Part shown: piece by piece, positions 1 through 7,373 of the stretch
Layout of the letters: every line of letters starts with the position of its first letter
Position numbering within the stretch: position 1 is the first letter of the stretch
Assembly: GCA_900554225.1 (NCBI GenBank)
Contig: USGH01000001.1
Location: 1 to 47,796, forward strand
DNA: 47,796 nucleotides
Reading direction: 5' to 3'
Origin: an uncultured Eubacteriales bacterium
GTDB taxonomy: Bacteria > Bacillota > Clostridia > Oscillospirales > CAG-272
Position numbers and translations under genes: made by a program
The notes under the pieces: generated by a model
Seen by the model: only the letters and a program-made list of their open reading frames with translations
What the model was told of the DNA's origin: nothing
The model's database searches: none

Positions 1-779
1 CGGCTGCGGTATATAAGGAGGAGTGGCAGAGCGGCGATCCGGGAGATGTGGTATACGACCTGCGTGTGGCTTGTCCGGGACCGAATCCGGTGTCCGGGTA
101 TCTCCGTATGCCGCGCAATGCAGCCGCACGTTCCCTGCCGATTGTGGTGCTGTACATGGGATACAACGTGACCGCCGCGCAGGTGCCGAACAAAGGAAAC
201 GCGATTCAGCTCTGTATCAACCAGCAGGGCGAACCGAACGGACAGAGTGCGGCATATTACGCGCAGCTTTTGGCAACGAAATATGCGAATTTCGGCTTTG
301 ACGACGCGGAAAACCGCGATCCGGATACGGTATTCTTCAAGTATATGGTGCTGCGCGCGCTTCAGGCTGTCCGGTACTGTATGACGCTGCCGGAGTGGGA
401 TGGGGTTCACGTGAAGGTATGCGGCGGCAGTATGGGCGGATTTCAGGCGATCCAGGCGGCGGCGCACGAGGCGCGTGTGACAGAGGTGGACATAGCGATT
501 CCGTGGCTGTGCGATCTGCGCGCGATCCAGTCGGGCAGACTGGGCGGATGGCGGCCTGCGCCTGCTGCGGGACTCGATTACTACGATACGGTGTGCGCAT
601 CGACCCGTGTTCTCTGCCCGGTGGAGATCACGGCGGGTCTGGGGGATTATGTATGCCCGCCCTCCGGCGTGACCGCGCTCTATCACGCCCTGCCGGGTCA
701 TGTGAAGCTCCACTTCCTGCAAAATCGCACCCATCCCTATACGGCGCCGGAATACGACACGTATACGATGGAAAAGTAA
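1..779 (+). CDS. Acetyl xylan esterase / cephalosporin-C deacetylase-like alpha/beta hydrolase (CE7-like), 5'-partial at window edge
   Basis: The track ORF 48..779 starts at an internal GTG, and the same frame (phase from nt 3) stays open to the left edge. It has a GxSxG nucleophile elbow (VCGGSMGGFQAI) and an AXE1-like layout (PIVVLYMGYN ... NRTHPY). Confidence 0.7.
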   Translation, partial: AAVYKEEWQSGDPGDVVYDLRVACPGPNPVSGYLRMPRNAAARSLPIVVLYMGYNVTAAQVPNKGNAIQLCINQQGEPNGQSAAYYAQLLATKYANFGFDDAENRDPDTVFFKYMVLRALQAVRYCMTLPEWDGVHVKVCGGSMGGFQAIQAAAHEARVTEVDIAIPWLCDLRAIQSGRLGGWRPAPAAGLDYYDTVCASTRVLCPVEITAGLGDYVCPPSGVTALYHALPGHVKLHFLQNRTHPYTAPEYDTYTMEK

Positions 780-839
780 TCGCATAACACAAAAAATTCC
801 GGGGTGGAATCCGTTTCGTGGGATCCTGCCCCGGTTTTG

Positions 840-1535
840 TTATGCTTTTTTGCCCTCGAAGAAACCGCGCAGCGGCAGCGTATCGACCCAATCGAAGCGT
901 TTGTCCATCCATTTGCTGCACAGACCGATGAGGAAGCCGTTGATCGGCGCGACAAGGATGGTACCCCATTTGACGCCCTCGAAGTGGAGAAAGCCGAAGA
1001 AGGCGAAGGATAGAAGAACCGATACGACGCAGCTGGTGCAGTCATAGACGGTTTTGGTTTTGTTGATGTCGAACCCGTATTTCGCGGAGACCTCCTTGAC
1101 AAACAGCTCATAGACCTCCGGCGCGATGTAGGTGTGAAAGAGCAGCGACACACCGAGCGCACAGAAGAAGATCCCGATGAGGTAATAGCCGACGCGGATG
1201 GGCAGTCCGTTATACGGAATGAAATCGAGGAGCCACATACCGAGATCCAGCACCATGCCATAGAAAACGGCGGTGACGAAGGAAAACAGATAGGACAGTC
1301 GGAATTTTCGCAGACAGAGAACGGTCAGAACGAGAAGGAGTGCTTGCAGGGTATATTCCGCCATGCCGTAGGTGAAGAACGGAAGGAGCGGCGAGAGCTT
1401 CCGGAAGCAGAGATATGCGGGGGCTACGACCATGGATACGCCGAAATCCGCAGCTTCCATGAACGCGGCACCAAACGCGAGGATACAGATCCCGGCGAGG
1501 TAGGCAAGCTCGGTGGGAAAGGGACGTTTTGTCAT
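840..1535 (-). CDS. Polytopic membrane protein of unknown function (YczE/DUF6198-like)
   Basis: 231-aa ORF with about 6 hydrophobic helices. AGGAG RBS lies before the ATG (aaaaggagtctatATG). The family call is from memory of YczE-type proteins only. Confidence 0.6.
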   Translation of the reverse strand: MTKRPFPTELAYLAGICILAFGAAFMEAADFGVSMVVAPAYLCFRKLSPLLPFFTYGMAEYTLQALLLVLTVLCLRKFRLSYLFSFVTAVFYGMVLDLGMWLLDFIPYNGLPIRVGYYLIGIFFCALGVSLLFHTYIAPEVYELFVKEVSAKYGFDINKTKTVYDCTSCVVSVLLSFAFFGFLHFEGVKWGTILVAPINGFLIGLCSKWMDKRFDWVDTLPLRGFFEGKKA

Positions 1536-1612
1536 ATAGACTCCTTTTTCGGGGAAAGGATAGAAAAAGCCCTCCGACGTTTGGTATAGAAACGAGGAAA
1601 GCTGATGGAAAA

Positions 1613-1642
1613 ATTATACCACAGTGCGGCAGAATTTGTCAA
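1613..1642 (-). promoter_or_regulatory. Sigma-A-type promoter for the membrane-protein gene (TTGACA-18-TATAAT with TGG extension)
   Basis: The minus strand reads TTGACAaattctgccgcactgtggTATAAT, about 75 nt upstream of the ATG at 1535. Confidence 0.5.
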
Positions 1643-1816
1643 GTCCGGAGGAAAAAACGGAAAAATTCCGGCAAACCGTCAGCAAGATGGCTGGGTTGTG
1701 GCTGTAAAATTGTGGAATGTTCTTGAAATGGAGCAGCGCGTATGGTATAAATGTATACATACACAAATAGAAGCCGGAATGGGGCCTTGAATATGAGAAG
1801 AATAACGGCAACCAAC

Positions 1817-1866
1817 GAAAAAACGCGGATCTCCATCCACAAAAATGGCACGATCCGCGCTTTTTC
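1817..1866. terminator. Bidirectional intrinsic terminator
   Basis: aaaaaaCGCGGATC-(20 nt)-GATCCGCGcttttt. The 8-bp GC stem is flanked by an A-run and a T-run, directly after the stop of the 1869..3245 gene. Confidence 0.7.
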
Positions 1867-1868
1867 TT

Positions 1869-3245
1869 TTATTCCAGTCCCGCGAAGTATTCCGCGAGAT
1901 CTGCGGCAAGCATCTTGGAAAACGCCGTGCTGCCTTTATAGTTCATGTGTCCCCAGTCGGAGAAGCAGGTGTAGTCGTCGTTGATGGCGGAGTACCGCTC
2001 CCCATTGTAATTGTAGAACGTCAGCCCGCGATCCGCCGCGATTTCCGCGATCCGTGCGTTGTTTTCCTCCATCTTCCACTCGTTTCTGCCCGGCACATAC
2101 TCCGGCACCTCCACAAGCACCACGTGGATCCCGTATTCGGCAAAGAGATCAAGCAGTGCTTCAAATGCTTCCCACTGCGCCGGATTGTCGTTGCAGCCCT
2201 GATCCATCGGTGTACCGTCATACGTGCGTTCCCACGGCTCAAAGCCCTTGTAAAATTCGCTCGTGATGTTGCCGTCGCTGTCGGTCAGGTATTCGTGACG
2301 GTATACGGGCACCTCAGGCAACTGTTCCGTGGTTTCGCCCTCAACAGCGGATTCCTCCGCAAGCTCGATTTTTCCGCCATGCGCATAATACGAGAGCATT
2401 TCTGGGATCCGGTCGCGGGAATAGATAAGCGGGATCCGGTTGAAGGCGTAGGTCAGCACCTCGTCCACATTCCACCATGGGAGCTTTGTCTTTTCGGAAT
2501 CGTTTTCGAGTGCATCTGTATCGCTCGCCGCTGTGCTTTCGGATGCCGCAACGGATTCGGAATCTGCGGCGGACTCGGAATCCGCGTTTTTTGACGCCTG
2601 CCTTTTTTCCGCCTTCACGATTTTACGCATGATGTCCACCGGGCAGTCGGGATTTGTGTCAAAGTCGATCCGCCGCCACAGCCAGCCGTCGTCGCACATG
2701 AACCAGTCCACGCAGTAAACGATGGTCTCCGGGATCGGATAGCCGGATTCCAGAAAGACCTCCCACCAGTCGAGGTAGTACTGTGGATTGGAGCCGTTCA
2801 GCGCAAAATTGAAGAAGGAGCGGTCGGAATTTTCCTCCTCTATGTATTTCGGATTCACACCATGTGCCGTATGCGAGGTGCCGATAAAGATGGTGTCTGC
2901 ATTGTACTGGTTTTCGAACATTTCGTAAAATTGTCCGTAATAGTGGTAGCAGAAGCGGTTCTTGTATTTCTGGTAGAACTGCTCGTATTGCTCCGCCTTT
3001 TTCACCGCCAGCTCTGCCGCAAGCCGTATCGCCTCCGGAGATTCCCCCGCATCGTTCAGTGCCTGCTGGATCGCCGCCGCCCGTTCTGCCGCCGCGGTCA
3101 CCACTGCCACCTCATCGTCCAGAAATCTCTGCATCATGCCGTTCAACGTGCCGCACAACAGCCCGGCGACGGCGAGTACACACAGTCCCTTGCCGAAAAA
3201 GCGCGGCAGACAGTGCAGATCGTTCTTTTCCAATTGGTTTGTCAT
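1869..3245 (-). CDS. DltD-like SGNH-fold protein, membrane-anchored partner of the adjacent MBOAT acyltransferase
   Basis: N-terminal TM anchor. IFIGTSH (Ser block) and C-terminal SDWGHMNYKG, which resembles the DltD D-x-x-H-L-G-W-K-G block. Internal acidic Ser/Ala low-complexity insert (ADSESAADSESVAASESTAAS). Sits 13 nt downstream of the MBOAT gene. Confidence 0.7.
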   Translation of the reverse strand: MTNQLEKNDLHCLPRFFGKGLCVLAVAGLLCGTLNGMMQRFLDDEVAVVTAAAERAAAIQQALNDAGESPEAIRLAAELAVKKAEQYEQFYQKYKNRFCYHYYGQFYEMFENQYNADTIFIGTSHTAHGVNPKYIEEENSDRSFFNFALNGSNPQYYLDWWEVFLESGYPIPETIVYCVDWFMCDDGWLWRRIDFDTNPDCPVDIMRKIVKAEKRQASKNADSESAADSESVAASESTAASDTDALENDSEKTKLPWWNVDEVLTYAFNRIPLIYSRDRIPEMLSYYAHGGKIELAEESAVEGETTEQLPEVPVYRHEYLTDSDGNITSEFYKGFEPWERTYDGTPMDQGCNDNPAQWEAFEALLDLFAEYGIHVVLVEVPEYVPGRNEWKMEENNARIAEIAADRGLTFYNYNGERYSAINDDYTCFSDWGHMNYKGSTAFSKMLAADLAEYFAGLE

Positions 3246-3258
3246 GCCGTTTTCCTCC

Positions 3259-4707
3259 TCAGAACTGGAAATAGATAAAGGATTTGTTGTCGTACGCGCC
3301 GAAGATCACGATGATCGCGACTAGTATCCCATACGATACCAGCCGGAACGCGCACCGCTTTTTCGTATCCGCCGTAAACCATGCGGGGATCCCCGGAATC
3401 TTTGTGAAAATCTCCACGCCAAATAAGAGGAGCGGCGCGGCGCAGGCGATGTATCCCCGGAACGCGGCGATATGCGGGAAATCGTACACCGTTTTCGCGG
3501 TCAGATGGGACAGCACGTAAAACGCGTCGGAGAAGGTATTGGCGCGGAAGAACACCCACGACAGCGCGGTCAGCACAAACGTGATCGCGATTGATACCCC
3601 GGCGGAGATCCACGCGATCCGGTCGAGACGGAGAAGGTGCTTTATCTTTTCGCGGATCCCCCTGGTGAACCGGGAGAGAACGATGTACACGCCGTTTAAG
3701 AGTCCCCATACGACAAAGGTGAACGACGCGCCGTGCCAGATGCCGGAAATGGCGAAGGTGACAAGCTGATTGAAGCACCAGCGCGGCTTTGACACCCGAT
3801 TGCCGCCCAGGGGGATATAGACGTAATCGCGGAACCATGTCGAGAGGGAGATGTGCCATCTGCGCCAGAATTCCGGAATGGAGCGGGAGAAATACGGCGT
3901 GTCGAAGTTCTGCATGAGCCGGATGTCCATGACGCGCGCGGCGCCGATGGCAATGTCGGAGTAGCCGGAGAAGTCGCAGTAGATCTGTACCGTGAAGCAG
4001 AGGATCCCGGCGATCAGACCGAATCCGCTGTAGGCATGGACATCCCCGAATACGGCATCCGCGAACATGGCAAGATTGTCCGCCACCACGACTTTTTTGA
4101 ACATTCCCCACAGCATCCATCTGCCGCCGACGGAGAGATTTTCGTATTGTAACACATGGTGCGCCTTGAGCTGATCAAAGAGATTGCGGCTGCGCTCGAT
4201 GGGCCCTGCGACAAGCTGCGGAAAGTACATGAGAAAGAGCGAGAAATCGATAAAGCTGTGCTCCGCTTTTTCCCGTCCGGTATACACGTCGATGAGGTAG
4301 CCCATGCTCTGGAACGTATGGAACGAGATCCCGATGGGCAGCACCACATCCGGCAGCACAACGGTGCGCATATCGAGCATATGCCCAAAGAAGTTGATGG
4401 TGTCCTCGAGCAGACCGAGATACTTGAAGTATACGAGCAGCCCGACATTGGCGCAGACCGCGAGCAGAAAGACCGCTTTGGACAGCCGTTTGCGCGCTGC
4501 CGTCCGTGCCTTCTCCACACCGAGCGCGCCGAAAAAGTCCACGCACGTGGTGAACAGGAGGATAAGGATGTACTTCGGGATAAAGGACATATAAAAGTAC
4601 AGACTCGCGGCAAGGAGAAAATATCGCCGGAATCGCTGGGGCAGGGCAAAGTAGCCGAAGATGACAAGCGGGAAAAACAAAAGAAATTCCACGGAATTGA
4701 ATAGCAT
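3259..4707 (-). CDS. MBOAT family O-acyltransferase (AlgI/DltB-like)
   Basis: Multi-TM protein with the MBOAT signature region (FWRRWHISLSTWFRDYVYIPLGGNR ... ISGIWHGAS). Start re-picked at MLFNSVEFLLFFP (ATG at 4707), the typical MBOAT N-terminus; the 50 codons upstream in the track ORF look non-coding. Confidence 0.9.
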   Translation of the reverse strand: MLFNSVEFLLFFPLVIFGYFALPQRFRRYFLLAASLYFYMSFIPKYILILLFTTCVDFFGALGVEKARTAARKRLSKAVFLLAVCANVGLLVYFKYLGLLEDTINFFGHMLDMRTVVLPDVVLPIGISFHTFQSMGYLIDVYTGREKAEHSFIDFSLFLMYFPQLVAGPIERSRNLFDQLKAHHVLQYENLSVGGRWMLWGMFKKVVVADNLAMFADAVFGDVHAYSGFGLIAGILCFTVQIYCDFSGYSDIAIGAARVMDIRLMQNFDTPYFSRSIPEFWRRWHISLSTWFRDYVYIPLGGNRVSKPRWCFNQLVTFAISGIWHGASFTFVVWGLLNGVYIVLSRFTRGIREKIKHLLRLDRIAWISAGVSIAITFVLTALSWVFFRANTFSDAFYVLSHLTAKTVYDFPHIAAFRGYIACAAPLLLFGVEIFTKIPGIPAWFTADTKKRCAFRLVSYGILVAIIVIFGAYDNKSFIYFQF

Positions 4708-4857
4708 AGGCACGCTCCGCTCTTTGGTTGTGCGGGAATAGTGACAAATATCGTCGAAACACGCACGTATTTTTAACAGTATACCATAAATGCAGACAAA
4801 TGTAAAGGGAAAACTGTGAAAAAAGAAAAATTGTCGCCATATCTCCGCAAAAAACAC

Positions 4858-4886
4858 TTGACAATTCCATGCGCAGGCGGTATACT
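4858..4886 (+). promoter_or_regulatory. Sigma-A-type promoter (TTGACA-17-TATACT) upstream of the TetR/methyltransferase pair
   Basis: cacTTGACAattccatgcgcaggcggTATACTatcc, about 190 nt upstream of the TetR ATG. Confidence 0.55.
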
Positions 4887-5079
4887 ATCCGATAGGCACC
4901 GCGGGTTATGCAACATACTCGCAGTATGGGTATGCGCATATCCCGGAAGAACCGGATTGCAGGATGCTTTTGCGTCAGGAAAACGTGTATTTCGGGCTTT
5001 TCCGCACAGAAATACGCTTCATACAGCCGATATGACGCATCCCCGCCCCATTTCATAGATAAAGGAGTTCAAATACCAT

Positions 5080-5703
5080 ATGCCTCCCAAGGTGAAGTTT
5101 CCGAAAGAAGAGATTGTCGCGGCCGCTCTCCGTGTCGCAAGCAGAAAAGGACTGGACGGTGTGACGACCCGGGATATCGCGGCAGAGCTGGACATATCGA
5201 CCAGACCGATCTTTACGTTTTTCCGTTCCATGGACGAGGTGCGGGATGCTGTCCGTGACGCGGCCCGTGCGGTTTACGATGGATACGCGGCGGAGGGATT
5301 TGCCTCCGAGGTGCCGTTTTTCGGATTCGGGATGCAGTATATTCGCTTTGCCAGAGAGGAGCCGGAGCTATACCGGATGCTGTTTCTCTCCAGACCGCAG
5401 GGAGCGGGGGACGGTGCCGTCGCGGAAATGGAGCGGTCGCGGGAGCTTGTGCGCGCCTCTCTCATGGAGATCTACCATATGGACGCACGTGCGGCGGAGC
5501 TCTATTTCCGGGATATGTGGCTTATCGTACACAGCATCGCAACATTGTCCGTGACCGGCTCCTGCCCCTACGGCGATGACGAAATCGCGGGGATCCTCAC
5601 CGGATGCAGTGCGGCGATCTGCAAGGCGATCAAGGAAATACCGGGATATGTGACCGGCAGCTTCGATCGGAATGCGGTTTTTGAGAAGCTGGTGCAGGAA
5701 TAA
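5080..5703 (+). CDS. TetR/AcrR family transcriptional regulator
   Basis: N-terminal HTH (EEIVAAALRVASRKGLDGVTTRDIAAELDISTRPIFTFFRSMDEV) and a length of 207 aa. Confidence 0.9.
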   Translation: MPPKVKFPKEEIVAAALRVASRKGLDGVTTRDIAAELDISTRPIFTFFRSMDEVRDAVRDAARAVYDGYAAEGFASEVPFFGFGMQYIRFAREEPELYRMLFLSRPQGAGDGAVAEMERSRELVRASLMEIYHMDARAAELYFRDMWLIVHSIATLSVTGSCPYGDDEIAGILTGCSAAICKAIKEIPGYVTGSFDRNAVFEKLVQE

Positions 5704-5723
5704 TATAAAAGGGGGAATACGCC

Positions 5724-6449
5724 ATGCTGCGGGAGGATACCGAACGGTACTACAGGGAGCTTGCGGACTACCATAGAAGGATGCGCGATGTGCCGCCGGA
5801 GAAGATGACGGATTTTTTCACAAACCGTATCGTCGGCTATGAGGAGCATATGCTGCTGTTTGAAGCGGGATACCGGAGCTTTGCCGCTGTATTTGCGGAA
5901 AAATGGAATGCACTGCCCGCGGAATATCGGAGGAGACCGGTCACGGATCTCGGCTGCGGCACCGGCATGGAGCTCGACTATCTGTATCCGCACTGTCCGA
6001 CCCTTTCGGTCTGTGGGATCGACCTGAATGAAGCGATGCTGTGCCGGTGCCGGGAACGCCATCCGGATCGACAGATCGAGACGGTTTGCGCGGACTATTT
6101 CAAAGCCGATCTGCCGGCTGCCCCTGCTGTACTCTCGTTTGAAAGCCTCCACCATTTCCCGCTTGCGGAGAAAAAAACGCTCTATTCCCGGATCGCGGAC
6201 AGTCTGCTGCCGGGCGGCTTCTTCCTCCTCGGGGATTATATGGCGTGCAGCGTGCGGGAGGAGGAGATGTGCGCGGCGTTCGCAAAGGAAAAACGGGAGC
6301 GGTTCCACATTCCGCCGGAGCAGTTCATCCACGTGGACACGCCGATCTATTACGAAACGGAACGGGAAGCGGTGCGAAACGCCGGCTTTTGTTCCGCAGA
6401 GATCGTATCGATGGAGGACGGTGTCGTCGTTCTGTACGCGGAAAAATAA
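5724..6449 (+). CDS. Class I SAM-dependent methyltransferase
   Basis: Motif I VTDLGCGTGMEL and post-I GIDLNEAML. GGGGG RBS. Lies 20 nt after the TetR stop. Confidence 0.85.
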   Translation: MLREDTERYYRELADYHRRMRDVPPEKMTDFFTNRIVGYEEHMLLFEAGYRSFAAVFAEKWNALPAEYRRRPVTDLGCGTGMELDYLYPHCPTLSVCGIDLNEAMLCRCRERHPDRQIETVCADYFKADLPAAPAVLSFESLHHFPLAEKKTLYSRIADSLLPGGFFLLGDYMACSVREEEMCAAFAKEKRERFHIPPEQFIHVDTPIYYETEREAVRNAGFCSAEIVSMEDGVVVLYAEK

Positions 6450-6518
6450 ACAGCAAAAAATCGCGGGAAAGCCGTATATAAGCGGCAGACTCGCGGTTTT
6501 TTATGTGGTTTTGGTGCG

Positions 6519-7247
6519 TCAGAGGGCGATCTCGATGCCGTGGGCTTTCGCATAGGTCACGCCGAGCCGGATGTCGTTTAACAAAATACCGTCGGCATGC
6601 AGCGGGAGCAGGCTTTCAAAAGAGGCGACCGAACCGTTCATACCCGTTTCCGGACGATTGGACATGATCCATACATCGGCACCCGGACAGGCATCGTGGA
6701 TCATATCCGGTGTGATCTCCGGGAGCCAGTTTTCCCACAGGCGAATGTTCCCGGCACCGGCGGCAAAGCAGTCGCGATAGGCGTTTTTGTCGTCCATGAA
6801 GGCAAGAATCTGCGCAGGCGGGAAATAACGACTGCATCTCTCTGCATAGTCCGCATCCCGGATCCCGCAGATAAACCGAAACGGTGCTGCCGCCATGGTT
6901 CGAAGCATATCGTCCGTCAGCGCATCCGGAGCGAGATAGATGTGGAGCAGTACCGCTGCCCGGGAACGATACTGAGAGAGGACATCCGAGAAGCGTGTGA
7001 GCCGCCTGCCATGTGTACGCAGAATTTCGGAAAATGCCGGTGTGGTCAGCGATTCGACAGCGCGCGTGTCCGTTCCGCCTGTCAGAGGTGCAAGCGTGCC
7101 GTCGTGGTAGATCACATATTCTCCATCCGCCAGCCGCCGCACGTCGCATTCCACGGCATAGGCACCCAGTGCAGAGCCCAGCCGCAGACTGGCAAGCGTA
7201 TTTTCCGGCATTTCCAAGGATGCGCCGCGATGTGCGATCCATTTCAT
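6519..7247 (-). CDS. Glycerophosphodiester phosphodiesterase family protein (GDPD)
   Basis: MKWIAHRGASLEMPENTLASL ... ECDVRRLADGEYVIYHDGTL, carrying the GDPD HR/E/D/H catalytic pattern. Start re-picked at MKWIAHRG. Confidence 0.85.
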   Translation of the reverse strand: MKWIAHRGASLEMPENTLASLRLGSALGAYAVECDVRRLADGEYVIYHDGTLAPLTGGTDTRAVESLTTPAFSEILRTHGRRLTRFSDVLSQYRSRAAVLLHIYLAPDALTDDMLRTMAAAPFRFICGIRDADYAERCSRYFPPAQILAFMDDKNAYRDCFAAGAGNIRLWENWLPEITPDMIHDACPGADVWIMSNRPETGMNGSVASFESLLPLHADGILLNDIRLGVTYAKAHGIEIAL

Positions 7248-7329
7248 AAAAGGTGTACCTCCATGGAGTCGATGAATTGTTCTTTGGAGAGTATAACACA
7301 AAATCAGCGGAAAGAAAAGAGAAAACAGG

Positions 7330-7366
7330 AAAAAACTCCGCCGATTCCGGAAAGAAATCGACGGAG
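7330..7366 (-). terminator. Intrinsic terminator after the Ca2+-ATPase gene
   Basis: Minus strand: CTCCGTCGATT-(9 nt)-AATCGGCGGAG followed by TTTTTT, 8 nt after the stop. Confidence 0.7.
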
Positions 7367-7373
7367 AGCTTCC

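Noticed and set aside
1605-1790. 61-aa plus-strand ORF (MEKLYHSAAEFVKSGG...) with a GAGGAAAG RBS, lying ahead of the bidirectional terminator.
   Set aside because: No homology was recognised. It overlaps the predicted promoter and 5' UTR of the divergent membrane-protein gene, and its composition looks like intergenic DNA. It cannot be supported as a gene without expression or conservation data.
4816-5058. 80-aa GTG-initiated ORF in the MBOAT/TetR intergenic region.
   Set aside because: It spans the TTGACA-17-TATACT promoter, has no RBS, and its translation is not protein-like.
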